A stretch of DNA of 64,000 nucleotides from Ginglymostoma cirratum (GCA_024137785.1 JAHRHZ010000249.1:49128746-49192745), one strand, 5' to 3'. Counted from the stretch's first letter, positions 25,937-38,958 are shown. Numbers and translations are program-made. Notes: generated from the sequence alone by a model not told the origin.

Positions 25937-26999
25937 GAGTAAAGTCTGAAAAGGGGTATCACATTTCACAGATAAGCACAAGCAAATATTACAAGCAGGT
26001 CACAATGTAATGCACTCAGCTGTACCTGCGTACTTGAATTAAAGGCGCTTAACAATTGTATAACATTATCTTACTGGCAATGTAGGGACTGAACCATTTT
26101 AAGATTCGCTGGACTCAGTTCAAATTAAATTGTGAGTTGCCCGTCTCAATGAAGTGCTAAATGTATGACAACCGATTCAGTCTGAGATAACACCAAGCAA
26201 ATTGATTGCTGGTCAGCCTGCAGTAAGTTCACTGTAATGGCTGTTGTGAGTGTGGAGGAAAGGGGAGTCTTTGCCAGTAGCAGCTTTCAGCACATGGCCT
26301 GCAGCAGTTCAAGAATGTGGCTCCCCACCAGCTGCTCAGGATGGGCAACAGCTGCTGGCTTAGCCAACATTGCCAACATCACTCGGAAGGATGAAATAAT
26401 GCTCTTGTATATTTTATACTTTAGATCAATGATCTCCAACCGCACAAGATCACTTTTATGAATTGCAACCAGGAGAAAATACAGCATAAACTGTTTTTAA
26501 TTATATAAATCTAAAACCAGATATATACATAATTATTGCTTTTGTCCTCTACTCACCAAGTCTCAGTGTGATACCTGTGACTGCACATTTTCAGCCAGTC
26601 TTGAATTCTGGTCTGTAGTTTGAGACTGCTAGTTGTATAGTGTTCATTAAATGGGTATGTGTGAGGGGATGCAATACCTGGACTTGATTATCTTCATTTC
26701 GGAGAACATTGTCTCACAGAGGGATGTGGAGTCAAAGTAAGCTTTCACTTTAAAAGCACAGAATGATAGCAGTTGATATTTTCTTATGCCTACAAGTCCC
26801 CAAAGTCACTGCTCTTTGATTTGAGTTTCAGCGCAGTACTGTGCATTTTGCACAGTAATTATCTCCATATCAACTTCACTGCTTTATAAATCAACAGCTA
26901 ATGGAATGTAGTAGCTAACCTACCTATGTCAACTTGAAGGAATGGATATGAGGCAAACGTGCTGAATTGTTTCCTTTTATATAACCTATTTTTCTAATC

Positions 27000-27095
27000 A
27001 ACCTGTGCAGTGATGTTATTACATACCTGTGGAGCCAGCGGGACTTAAACCTGAGCCTCCCAGTAGAGGGGTAGGGACACTATCACTGCTTCACA
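27000..27095 (-). mobile_element. Short tRNA-like SINE head (same family as the 11655-11745 insert)
   Basis: gatgttattacatacctgtggagccagcgggacttaaacctg...agggacactatcactg. Confidence 0.55.
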
Positions 27096-27179
27096 AAACA
27101 GTCTGAAAGTTTGTGTTTATAGCAAAGATTTGAACCCAAGTCTTGGAACTATCCTCTGGATTATTAACAACCATCCTAC

Positions 27180-27780
27180 CACATCACAACTTGTTCTGTT
27201 ATCTATGACAACTTGTTCCATTTTATCTAATTACTGAAGTTGCCTGTTGAATTCCTCTGCTAAATTCCTCAGGTGTGCACAATCTTCTTCTGGGTGGCAC
27301 CATTTTTCTTTGCCTTCGATTTTTTTTCTAACATTCTTTCCAGTCTGAGGAAGTGTTTCAGGGTTTTATACTTTAGTCGGGAGGACCACAGACCCAATTT
27401 CAATTTGGGTGCAATCACAGCACTGATCATATGTGCTAAGTCTCTGTCCTTTCCCCACAGTTTACCTTTCAGCTCATTCAGTTTTGACATTGTATGTGTG
27501 AGGAACCTGAACTTGAGCAATGATACATTCTCTGACATCTCATTTTATGCTTCATTTTTTTGATTTGAGCAAAATGACGATTTCAGGCATTCAAGGTAAA
27601 GATCTTTGCAGCTCCTTCCATCAACTTAACCATCTCTCAACAGCATGGAGGATACGTTCACTATATGCAGCATCAACTTTGTGCTACAAATCTTTGCTAA
27701 AACTTTAAAGCATCAACTTTGTTGAGGAAAGTTCGAACCAAATAGTTTCTGAAGGCTTCAACTAATCATGTCAGACATGT
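27180..27780 (-). mobile_element. hAT (Charlie/SPIN, GTF2IRD2-like) transposase relic
   Basis: ERWLS*W upstream of ORF 27269-27538 FLTHTMSKLNELKGKLWGKDRDLAHMISAVIAPKLKLGLW, matching (AFLTD..HLNELN..LQGK...M...V.AF..KL.LW). Confidence 0.75.
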
Positions 27781-28284
27781 AAGCGTGTGAGATACATGAG
27801 CTTAATTTTGCGTGAATGAAGATGATCTGACCATCTGATGATATGAAAAGACGTGATGACCAGACTCTGATGTGTTTAGCAATGTAATGAGCAGTTGGTG
27901 ATCATAGTGAACTTGCTACCATAGAGTTGCATGCGCCAATGTCCATAAAGGTAGATGCAGGCTACTGCTTCCCACTCTCCAGTAGAATATTTGTATTCAC
28001 TGTCCGGCAGTAGGTGCTGTATATAAGCAATTGATTGTTCGCTTCCTTTAATAAACTGTGAACTACAGCTAAAATCACATTTCTGTTTTCCTGTTGTGAC
28101 GTATGTTTCCACATGAGTCGAAATGCATAGCATCTGGCAGAGATTTGTGCTATTTTCACTTTCAAGATATAAAAATATTCTTTGCTGTATGCCCATTTCT
28201 ATTGTACATTTTTGCATAGTAGCATTGAAATAAGATATATGATCTACACATATGTAGGGAAAATTTTGTGATAAAAGTTGATGT

Positions 28285-29395
28285 TGATGTTAATTTATTT
28301 ATTGTCACGTGTACTGAAATACAGTGATAAGCTTTGTTTACCAGCAGTTCAGGCAGATCATAGCAAGCAAAGGATATACAGATCAAAAAGAATTGGAGGC
28401 ACATAGGTTACATTGCAGGTTATATTATTTGAGGCTAGAATCCATTCAACAGCCTGATAACGGCCAGAAAGAAGCTGTTCTGAACCTGCTTGTGCGTGTG
28501 TTCAGGCTTCTGTATCTTCCACCTTATGAAAGAGGTTGTAAAAGGTCATTACCAAGGTGCGATGGGTCTTTGATGATGCTGGCAGCCTTTCCACAGCAGC
28601 GAGCCATGTAAATAGAGTCCATGGATGGAAGGTTGGCTCCTGTGGTGGTCTGGGCTGTGCACACCACCTTCTGTAGTTTCTTGTGGTTCTAGGCAGAGTA
28701 GTTGCCATACCACGCTGTTATGCACCCGGACAGTATGCTTTCAATGGTGCATCTGTAGGAGTTGGTGAGGGACCTTATGGACATGTCACATTTCTTGAGC
28801 TGCCTGAGGAAGAAGGGGCATTGTTGTGCATTCTTGACTGTCACATTTATGTGGAAAATCCAGGACAGGTCGTCGGTTATCGTCACTCCGAGGAGCTTGA
28901 TGCTCTTCGTTCTTTCAGCCTCAGGTCCATTGATCTAGATGGGGCTGTGTTCTCCTCCTTTATTTCTGAAGTTGATGATCAGTTCTTTAGTTTTGCTGAT
29001 GTTGAGAGACAGATTGTTTTTATCGTACCATGTCACCAAGCCCTCTACCTCCCTTCTGTATTTTGACTCGTCATTGTTAGGTATCCTTCCCACTACGGTG
29101 GTGTCGTCAGCAAATTTGTAGATGGCATTCATTTGGAATTTGACAACTCAGTTGTAGACGTACATGGAGTACAGTAGGGGAGATGAGGTCACATCCTTGT
29201 GGGGCTCCAGTGTTGAGTGTTATTGTGGAGGAGGTACAGTTACCCATCCTCACCGATTGCGGCCTGTGGGTCAGAAAGCTGAGGATCCAAATGCAGAGGG
29301 TGGGGCCGAGGCCAAGGTCACACAGTTTTGTGATCAGTCTGGAGGGGATAATAGCGTTGAAGTTGGAGCTGTAGTCAACGAGCAGTATGAAGGAA
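28285..29395 (-). mobile_element. Rex1/Babar LINE 3' portion
   Basis: YKFADDTTVVGRIPNNDESKYRREVEGLVTW..KNNLSLNISKTKELI; AQQCPFFLRQLKK; YRCTIESILSGCITAWYG; tail gtacacgtgacaataaataaa. Confidence 0.9.
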
Positions 29396-30269
29396 AGTAC
29401 TAACTCTTATTTTAGACTGGGTTGGAGAAACCTGAAATACTTCAATATCGTTTACATCAGCTGTTATCACTGTATACTCTTGTAAGTGAATCTTGATTAT
29501 CACAAATGTGTATTTGTCCTTGAAGAATATTGAGTTGTATTGTATACATCAAATGAGGGCCCTGATCATGTCCTGCTTTGTCCCTTCCATGGGCAATAAG
29601 GTCATCAAGCAGGTTACGCAGCCCCTAAATATCTGACAAGATTTAAGAACAAATCTAGGATGCTGTAGGTGCTGAACTCAATCCAAAGGACATGTTGCAG
29701 TACTGGAACATACCTTAATGTGTCGCAACAAATGCTGTGAGATATCAGCTTTGTTCTGTTGGTATCTGAAAATACCTCTGTCTCACGCCAAGCTTCATGA
29801 AGACCTTGATATCATGAAATGGTATTGATAGATTTCAGATGGTAGGAAGTGGAAACTCACTTGGAATAAGTGTTTTGATGGCCTCATTGCCCACGTTCGG
29901 ATTGTGGCATATTCTAGGTGAATCATTTTTATATTGTGAAATGACTAGGTTCAATATTCATGGTGATGTGGTAATTCTTTCAATGATACTGTCTGCTTCG
30001 AGTTGACTCAGCTTCTGTCACACTTCAGCACAGATTACAAGTGGTAACTTAAAATTTGAAAACCTGGCAGAATTGATATGTTGGCATGATGACCATGACT
30101 AATCACCTGATCTGACTAAATTTGGTAAATAAGGAAAGATACTGGTGTATATGGTCTGTATTATTGATCATTATAATGTGTCCTGCAGTGCAGTCATTGC
30201 AGGTTCGTTTTAAGCCTATTTAAGTTTTACCCTCAAAAGATGTCTGCGTTTAGTACCATTGAGTATCAC

Positions 30270-31110
30270 TACTTAACGGGGCAAAGGTCTGGCAGATGGA
30301 ATTCAATCTTGATAAATAGGAAGTCACCAATTTTGGTAGGAATGACAGTAAAAAGGGACAATGACTTGAATGGTAAAAAATTACAGCATGCTGCTGTGCA
30401 GAGGGACCTGGGTCTCCTTGTGCGTGAATCGCAGATGGTTGGTTTGCAGGTACAACAGGTAATTAAGAAGGCAAGAAGAATTTTGTCCTTCATTGCTAGA
30501 CAGATTGAGTTTAAAAGCAGGGAAGTTATGTAGCAGCTGTGTAGCATGCTGATGAGGCCACACCTGGAGTACAGTGTACAGTTTTGGTCTCCTATCTTGA
30601 GAAAGGATGTATTGGTACTGGGGCAGGTACAGAGGCTCACTAGGTTGATTCCAGAATTGAGAGGGTTGGCTTATGAGGAGAGGCTGAATAGACTGGGATT
30701 ATATTCGTTGGAATTTAGAAGAATGAGGGGAGATCTTATTGAAACATATAAAATTCTGAAGGGAATAGATAAGGTGGAGGCAGGGAGGTTGTTTCCACTA
30801 GCAGGTGAAACTAGAACAAGAGGACATAGCCTCAAAATTCGGGGGACCAGATTTAGGACTGAATTAAGGAGGAACTTCTTCAACCAAAGGCTTGTGAATC
30901 TGTGGAATTCCCTGTCCGGTGAAGTAGTTGAGGCTTCCTCATTGAATGTTTTTAAAGCTAAGGTAGATAATTTTTTGAAGAGTACAGGAATTATTATGGT
31001 GAGAGGGTGGGTAAGACCATGAAAAAATCAGCCATGATCTTACTGAATGGCGGAACAGGCTCGAAGGGCCAGATGGCCTACTCCTGCTCCTGGTTCTTAC
31101 ATTCTTACAT
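30270..31110 (+). mobile_element. CR1 LINE 3' portion inserted in the Gypsy relic
   Basis: ORF 30546-31022 RPHLEYSVQFWSP.LRKD...YEERLNRLGLYSLEFRRMRGDLIETYKILKG; tail cctactcctgctcctggttcttacattcttaca. Confidence 0.93.
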
Positions 31111-33532
31111 TAACATTATGTTTTTGTGGCATACTGAAACTCTGATCATTCCCAATCCTGGAAAAACTCAGACATCATAAGATTAAACAATGTCTGTCGT
31201 GCAAGTTAGAGAAAGTTGTAACAGCTATCGATGGTGAGGTTTGTAGTTCAGAGTGGATCGTTTTGCATCAACTTCGATAAGAAGAGACACTGAAACTTCA
31301 ACTAAGCAACCATGAGCAGATGACTTTCATGATTCTGTGCCTCATTCTCAGGCAGAGACTCATCCATGTGTGAGACTGATTGTATTCTCTTCTGTGCACC
31401 TTAAAAATGCTTTGACTTTAAACATGAGTTCTACTTTGTTTTCCTTGAGCTGTATACAGCACTGTTAATAAATTAACATTTTCACAACTTAAGGATTGAT
31501 TCAACAATACTTAACGAAGGATTGCTTTTTTGTCTATAATTCTTGTACTGTTTGGACAGATCATATCTGAAACCTGATCTGATGATGTGCTTCTGTGTAA
31601 TGTCTTTGAATCACACAATATTTCTACCAAAGTTGTATCATTGTCCTCCATGAGAAGATGTTATCTTGTGTGCGGAATTGAAATCTTTTCAACTAATTGG
31701 TTATAAGTTAACTTGTTGGTTAGTACGCCGAATGTGCATATGGAGGCCAATTCACCACAGTGCTATCACATTTTGTTTAATAGGCTCACCGTTTCCTGGG
31801 TATCTCTGACACAATGTATATCATTCAATCATCACACATTTCTTTGGTTGTAAGCAATTATCAAGGGTATTTATCACTGTGTCAAGTGTAGACATGTCTT
31901 CTGTGAGCTTCTCAAACTTTTGCTGGCCCTCAAGTACAAATGTTCTCTCTTTGTGCATGATTGCTACATCTGGACTGTAGCAAGCAATTGGGAATGGAAC
32001 TCTGAAATTCATTGATCCCATAACATGGGTGGATATCCAGGGGAAAGAGAGAAAAAATGCAATAATTATTTATGTAAAATTATTTCCATCATCCTCATAG
32101 CTGCTTTGTTGTATATTTAATATCTCAGAGCCATGCAGAGAAGGCATCAGCTTCAATATGTGCAACCGGTTTGTACACAGTGTTTTAGGATGTCTACTCC
32201 ATACTTTTGTCTCTTGGTTCCTGCTGTTTCCACAGCTCCTGAACAAAAGGTATAATTTTATACTTAACTTTCTGGGGCCTCTTTCCAGTGAGACTGGCTA
32301 GAAAGTGCACAGAGCATAATAATCATAAAATAATTGCAGGGCTTGCAGATAAGGTCTGTTTGTTTTGTTGATAATCTAATGTTAACTGGAGTTAATGTAA
32401 AAGTCAGTTTCTATTTTTAGCTATTATATTCACATAGCCGACCTATTCTACCTTATTTCCAAAACAAAAACCTAGTCAAAATAAAATTTAAAGAATGTTT
32501 TTTTTTCAAATTAATGAACAAAAAAATCAACAACAAATAGATGGTTCTTCCATTTTATATCCAGAAATAAGCACATTCGACCATCAGAAAATAAACCTTT
32601 TGTTGATGCACAGAATGAGGAATATCCTACATAGTCTTGCATTCTGTCAACAGGCTGGAATTGAAATGACCAATTGACGGACAGAACAGAGTACAAATTA
32701 GAAATAAATACATCATACAGAGGTCTCTTTTCAGTTGCTAAATATATGAGGAATGGATGAGCATAAAATAGGTCGTTGTTATTCCTGTTAGTTACACCTA
32801 ACTCAAGAATCTTTAACAATACATATGTCTTGTTGCAATCTCCAATTTACTCAACATATCTGAATTACCCCAGTTCCAGTTATTTTAAAATCAATGCTGG
32901 GAGTAGCAACAGATGAAATTATATATTCTGAATGCTATTAAATAATACGTGCACTATAATTAGACAAGTGCATGCATAGAGCACTTTAATTTTCCAGCAA
33001 TCCCATGACGTAGCCAATGTTTCCATCCTCTAGGATTACCCAGTACTCTAAATTCTTTTAATTATCTATAAAGGATATGCTTGTGTTTTTACTAATGTGG
33101 AGGAGAAGTACACTTAAATTTATTCTAACTTTCTCAATTGAACTGGATGATGTGCCTTTATCTATGTTATAAAATTGCCCTTAAATAAACTGAACCGTAT
33201 AATAATACTCAATCATCAATGTTGAAGCTTGTTTCCTTTGAACAGTAATAGAGAGAAGTACATAAACTAAATAATTATTACCACGCCTTGAATAAGAAAT
33301 TTCTTTTGCCCATTTTGTAACGAGTGAGAACTCGGGAAATGTTGATATTCAGAGAAATCTGATGCTCCTTGTAACACCTAATGTGTTAGGTGTCAACAAA
33401 GTGTCAACAAAGTGTAAAGTGTCAACAATCATTTACTGAATTCTCAAAGCTAGTATTGTGACATTTCTGTAAAAAAAAACTGCCGATAAAGGTACAGCAA
33501 ACAATTCAAGGAGCAAATAATATGATAGTCTT

Positions 33533-33653
33533 AATAAAAACAGAACAAACTGCGGATGCTGTAAATCAGAGACGAAAACAAAGTTGCTGGGAAAGCTCAG
33601 CAGGTCTGGCAGCATCTGTGAAGTTAAAAACAGAGTTAACATTTCCTCAGAAC
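33533..33653 (-). mobile_element. Penelope-derived mini-element with a deleted hammerhead stem II
   Basis: Same arm as 13490-13590; core collapsed to taacatttc-ctcagaac. Confidence 0.7.
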
Positions 33654-33799
33654 GGCTATGATAGCCTTATTGCAAAGCAATTGTAGCACCAGAGTAAAAG
33701 AAGTCTAACTGAATTAAACAAAGCCTTGGCAAAATCAGATTTTGAGGACTGTTCTTCTTGCCTAAAGAAGAGGTTAGTTTTCTTTTTTTTACTTTTTTT

Positions 33800-34482
33800 T
33801 TCTACTAACTTCCCTCCTGGAGAGTGGCAGTAGTGGTTGATGACAGTATTGGGCTCGCTGAATTTGGCAATCAGCTAAATCTCCAGTCTTAGGCAGTGGC
33901 TGGGGGCCTGACCCAGGATGCTCGGTGAGTTCCCAATGCCCGGCACATGGATTGAAGGCAAGATCGAAGATCGGCGATGGACTGAAGGCAAAGTTGAGCC
34001 CCTGCACAGACAGCGCCTGAATCAGGACTTTGACAGTGTGTGTACAAAGTGTGTGGCAGCTGCTGAAAGCCTGGATTGGGACTTTGGTGGTCTGAGAGCT
34101 CGGGAATGAGGCCTATGCCGCAATGGAGGTTGCCCCTATATCTGCAGCAGTGATGAGAGCAGAGGAGATCGAACCAGTGTGGGGAAAGTATGCCAAAGTG
34201 GAGAAGATTGAGCCCTTGTAGGAAGTGCTGCCCCAGTACGGCGAACTATTTAAGGAAGACTGCAACGGTTGAACTTGTAGCTTTTTTTCTTTATTTTTTG
34301 AATTAACATTCAGAAGGACTGTAATGTTTAACTTTTAACTTGGTTCCTTATTTCTTTCGACCTTGTTCTTGAGCTTTTTACATAACATGATGTTGTGTGT
34401 GGTGACATTGAAACTTTTTCACTGTACTCCTGTACTTTTGTACTTGACTACATGTGCCAATAAAGTCTAAATTTAAATCTAA
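33800..34482 (+). mobile_element. Probable non-autonomous retroelement with a Rex1-like tail
   Basis: Ends in cttttcactgtactcc..gtacttgactacatgtgccaataaagtctaaatttaaatctaaa, resembling the tails of the 28285 and 60868 elements; GC-richer body. Confidence 0.5.
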
Positions 34483-35589
34483 AGAATATAGTTGCCATCA
34501 AGGAAGTGTAACAAACATTAATGTAACTGATTGCTGAGGTGAGCACATTGATCTATTGTAATATATCCACATTTTTGAAGTATTTCAAGTGTGTAATGAT
34601 ATCGCTTTAGATATGATGTGGCCATCTTGGTGTATGTCTTTATAAATTCCTCCAAATTTGGTGAAATATATATTGAATGGCACAACTTGAAATTGAGATC
34701 ATCTTGCCTTTTGAGATTTACACTTTCACATGCCATTTTACAGCAATTGATTTTAGTTTAGTTCATTGTTGATGGTGCAGCCTACCTCATTAATATTCCT
34801 GTTGCAATCCTACCAAACGTGCCCAACAAACAAGACATCAGGAAAACCCAACATGGGGCTCAGAGCAGATACCTGGTGGATTGCTCCAAATGACCTCCAT
34901 GGTGGGCATTAAACACCAGCAGCACAGGGCAAGCTAAATAGCCACCAGCCATCCCCACACTGCACATTCACAAAATTTGGCAAATCTGTGCCAACCTCTA
35001 AGAACCCTCATGGCACATCTCTGATCCACTAACAAGCTGCTTCTGTACTTCCATGCTGCACTTTGAGCTGCACTGGTTCCTACCATTGTAACGCTGCTGC
35101 AAGGCCACTGTGCACTCAGTCCAAGGACCTAGCTCACTGACAGGACCAGGCTGCACTCCCAACTTATTGCCTGCTGTCACCGTGCTCAATCACTCTGAGC
35201 CTGCCTGATGTTGACTACATCCCTGCCTTATATTGCTTTTCCTTGCCCCCTCAACAATCAATACAAGGCTCATATTACTACTGTCTTGCTGTGATGTTTA
35301 GTGCAGTCAAAAAAAATCCAGGAATCTTGTCATAGTTGTCATTGTCTCTGTCAGCTCATGGGGGATAGTTCGTGGGCTGCAGAAATGCAAGTGCAGCGTC
35401 TAACTCCAGGCCAGAGCTTGCTCAGGATGGCCAGAGTCAGGGTCCTCTGCTCAGGATGGATGAGGAGCTGAATGATAGGCTGCACACCATCTGTCTCAAG
35501 ACGTTCTGTTCTCTTGTTGTGGGGCTGGATGAACACAGCAGGCCAAGCAGCATCATAGGAGCAGGAAAGCTTGACGTTTCGGGCCTCGA

Positions 35590-35989
35590 NNNNNNNNNNN
35601 NNNNNNNNNNNNNNNNNNNNNNNNNNNNNNNNNNNNNNNNNNNNNNNNNNNNNNNNNNNNNNNNNNNNNNNNNNNNNNNNNNNNNNNNNNNNNNNNNNNN
35701 NNNNNNNNNNNNNNNNNNNNNNNNNNNNNNNNNNNNNNNNNNNNNNNNNNNNNNNNNNNNNNNNNNNNNNNNNNNNNNNNNNNNNNNNNNNNNNNNNNNN
35801 NNNNNNNNNNNNNNNNNNNNNNNNNNNNNNNNNNNNNNNNNNNNNNNNNNNNNNNNNNNNNNNNNNNNNNNNNNNNNNNNNNNNNNNNNNNNNNNNNNNN
35901 NNNNNNNNNNNNNNNNNNNNNNNNNNNNNNNNNNNNNNNNNNNNNNNNNNNNNNNNNNNNNNNNNNNNNNNNNNNNNNNNNNNNNNNNN
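35590..35989. other. Assembly gap (400 N)
   Basis: Run of N. Confidence 1.
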
Positions 35990-36090
35990 GACTTGTCTGC
36001 CTCCTCTCCACCTATCCTCTCCTCTATCCATCTTCTATCCGCCTCCCCCTCTCTCCCTATTTATTTCAGAACCCTCTTCCCCTCCCCCAT

Positions 36091-36122
36091 TTCTGATGAA
36101 GGGTCTAGGCCCGAAACGTCAA
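36091..36122 (+). ncRNA. Minimal hammerhead ribozyme motif (intact core)
   Basis: CTGATGAAGGGTCTAGGCCCGAAACGTC at 36093-36120, identical to 7502-7529. Confidence 0.8.
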
Positions 36123-36532
36123 GCTTTCCTGCTCCTATGATGCTGCTTGGCCTGCTGTGTTCATCCAGCCCCCACATCTTGTTATCTCGGATTCTCCAGC
36201 ATCTGCAGTACCTTTTATCTCTGTTCTCTTGTTGGTTGTTTTACTCTTAGAGTCTGAGTGAGGCAGGTATTAAAAGAGATGAAAATAGGTCGCACTTCTA
36301 TAATTGCAGATGCAGTTTGTGAGGTGGGCAGAACCAAAGAGTAGGAAGACCAGATGGCATGGAGAGCTGGAGGCATCAAGGGCTGGAGCATGCAATTGGG
36401 GATGATGTTGCACGTAATAATGTGAGTGGTAAACATTGAGGCTTATTGGGAGGTGAGTGCAAAAGCATAGCGAGAGTCAGTGTAAAGAATCAGAGAGAAG
36501 ATTACGCCACTTATGATTACAGAGCAGAAAGG

Positions 36533-36728
36533 TCAGAAGCCACACGACACTAGGTTATAGTCCACCAGATTACTTGAAATCACAAGCTTTCAGAGCACTG
36601 CTCCTCCACCTGACAAAGGAGCAGCGCTCCGAAACCTTGGGATTTCAAATAAATCTGTTGAACTATAACCTGGTGTCATGTGACTTCTAACTTTGTCCAC
36701 CCGAGACCAACACTGGCATCTCTACATC
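36533..36728. mobile_element. Fold-back mini-element of a third hammerhead-bearing family
   Basis: Arms agaagccacacgacactaggttatagtccaccagatt..ttgaaatc / gatttcaaataaatctgttgaactataacctggtgtcatgtgacttct; core CTGACAA-a-GGAGC agc GCTCC-GAAA at 36610-36634 (G8 mutated). Confidence 0.75.
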
Positions 36729-37009
36729 AGAGGAGAGAAGATCATTGATCATCTTCCTATAATGCCAGTCATGCTTCCACACAGCTGCAACTGTTTTAAC
36801 CTGGATGCTAACCTAGACCAGGCTGGCATGGTCTGATGTTACAGCCTCCACTGCTGGTCCTATGTGAAGGAGACCCTCTGCACCACCCAGGTCAACAGAA
36901 GCTCCAGGATCCTGCCGACAGAGTGGGGTGCTTATTTCCCCATTCCTGCATTTCCAGGGAAAATGTCAGGAACTGTGCAGGGCAGCTCCACGTCGACAGT
37001 GTTTGTTCG

Positions 37010-38120
37010 AAGGCACAAAGTCCTAATTGCCCATTCCATCCCTAATTGCCCTTCAGAAGGTGGTATTGAGCTGTCTTCTTGCACCGCTGCAGTCCACCTG
37101 GTGTGGGTTGATCCACAGTGCCAATAAGGTGGAAATTCCAGAATTTTGATCCAGTGACAGTGAAGGAATGGCAATATATTTCCAAGTCAAGATGGCAATT
37201 AGCTTGGAGAGAAATCTGCAGGTGGTAGTGTTCCCATGTATCTGTTGCCCTCATCCTTCTAGATGGAAGTGGTCATGGGTTGGAAGGTGCTGTCCGAGGA
37301 TCTTTGGCGATTTTCTGCAGTGCATCTAATACACACTGCTGCTACAGAGCATCAGTGGTGGAAGGAGTAGATGTTTGTGGATGTGGTGCCAATCAAGTGA
37401 GCTGCTTCGTCCTGGATAGTGTCAAGCTTTTTGAGTGTTGTCGGGGCCCCACTCATCTAGGCAAGTGGGGAGTATTCCATCACACTCCTGACTTGTGCCT
37501 TGTAGATGGTGGACAGGCTTTGAGGAGTCAGAAGGTGAGTTACTCGTCGCAGTATTCCTAGCTTCTGGCCTGCTCTTATAGCCACTGTGTGTTTGTGGTG
37601 AGTCTAGTTAAGTTTCTGTTCAATGCAATCTCAATGATGTTGATAGTGGAGCATTCAGTAATGGTAATGTGATTAAATGTCAATGGTTAGATTGTCTGTA
37701 ATTTGACAAGGTGATTGCCAGACATTTGTGTGGCATGAATGTTCATTACACTTGTCAGCTCAAGCCTGGATATTGTCCAGATCTCGTTGCATCTGAACGT
37801 GGACTGCTTCAGTATCTGAGGAGTCGGAAATGGTGCTGAACATTGTACAATCATTGGTGAACATCCCCATTTCTAACCTCAATGTGGACGAAGGTCATGA
37901 TGAAGCAGCTGAAGATGGTTGGACCTGGGACATTACCCTGACGAACTCCTGCAGAGATGTCCTAGACCTGAGATGACTGACCTCCAATAAGCACAACCAT
38001 CTTCTGATGTGCCCAGAGCCTTTACAGCATCCAGTGCTTCAAACTATTGTTTGATATCATGTGGAATGACGTGAATAACCTGAAGACTGGCATCGGTGAT
38101 GCTGGAGACCACTGGAGGAG
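37010..38120 (-). mobile_element. CR1/L2-group LINE (family 2) RT to 3' end
   Basis: Reverse complement of the 53550-54830 family, including the QGNVPGPTIFSCFI and MFT.DCTMFS regions and the tail. Confidence 0.85.
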
Positions 38121-38593
38121 ATCCTTTTGAAGATAGTACTTGCAGTAGTTATGCTGATGAATTGTGGGATATCTGCTGAGGGCAAGTTATTTTGTGAATG
38201 GTGCTTGGTAAGACGGGGCAGAAATCAGGTGTGAGAGACACCATAGGGGCATGGTAGGCAACTAAACAGGGTAGTTTGGTAAGATATGGCCAGAAAACCT
38301 GCTTAAGCACATTGTAAGAGTCCCTCAGTACAGTTTGATCTTGGCTACAAAACCATAAGATTCTGTCTTTAGACTCAACATGATGGACCTTCTTCAATAT
38401 TTTTCTTGCAATACTTTATGTGGCTGGCTGCTCAGTACATTTGTTCAGATACTGTGATGGCTTGATAGTCACTGCAGCAATGTTAGCTGGATTTGCACTT
38501 TGGGGTCATGCAGCAATCCTGAGGCTGCCAACTCCAAGGAAATTGAAAATTCAGAGGAGCACATTCCCTGCAATCACAACTCTCAGAAAAAGT

Positions 38594-38958
38594 CCATAGG
38601 ATCCCTTCAGTGTGGAAACAGGCCATTCAGTCCAACAAGTCCACACCACCCCTCTGAAGAGCATCCCTCCCAGACCTATCCCCTTACCCTATACCAGTAA
38701 CTTTGCATTCCCCATGGCTAATGCACCTACCCGACACATCCCTGGATACTATGGGCAATTTAGCATGGCCAATTCACCTAATTTGCACATCTTCGGCCTG
38801 TGTGAGGAAACTGGAGCACCTGGCAGAAACCCTTGCAAACACACGAGCAATGTGCAAAACTCCACACGAACAGTCTCCCAAGTCTGGAATTGAACCTGGA
38901 TTGCTGGCACTATGAAGCAGCAGTGTTAACCACTAAGCCACTAAGCCACCATGCCACC
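38594..38958 (-). mobile_element. HE1-type V-SINE
   Basis: Reverse complement of head, V domain and CR1 tail; short cactaagc duplication in the head. Confidence 0.88.

Larger units (their letters stand above)
27850..32050 (-). mobile_element. Decayed Gypsy (Mag-like) LTR retrotransposon: gag, RT, RNase H; split by two LINE insertions
   Basis: gag-like LDNCLQPKKCVMIE...GEPI (about 31750-32020); RT LEADSIIE..., FPLPTI, YLTAF, GMFQYCNMSFGLSSAP, LLDDLIAHG (about 29560-30060); RNase H SIAY..HLLPDSEYKYSTGEWEAVACI...HWRMQLYGSKFTMITN (27876-28217). Confidence 0.8.
35520..36219. mobile_element. Penelope-like element with inverted ends spanning the assembly gap, 15-bp TSD
   Basis: Near-perfect inverted arms 35521-35586 and 36107-36172; TCTGTTCTCTTGTTG at 35505-35519 and 36220-36234. 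Confidence 0.8.

Noticed and set aside
26237-26487. Overlapping ORFs on both strands
   Set aside because: No recognisable domain or convincing splice boundaries; more likely non-coding
32149-32228. Minus-strand KRQKYGVDILKHCVQTGCTY resembling an insulin/relaxin A chain
   Set aside because: Lacks the CC pair and terminal Cys; no B chain or signal-peptide exon found
32511-32819. 102-aa minus-strand ORF
   Set aside because: Non-ATG start, AT-rich intron-like composition, no recognisable homology; only the 58-nt internal segment is kept as a weak exon candidate
33390-33430. Short tandem tgtcaacaaag repeats
   Set aside because: Simple slippage duplication with no spacers; not CRISPR-like, and the DNA is eukaryotic
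35351-36250. Long ORFs of 152-292 aa
   Set aside because: Artefacts of reading through 400 N
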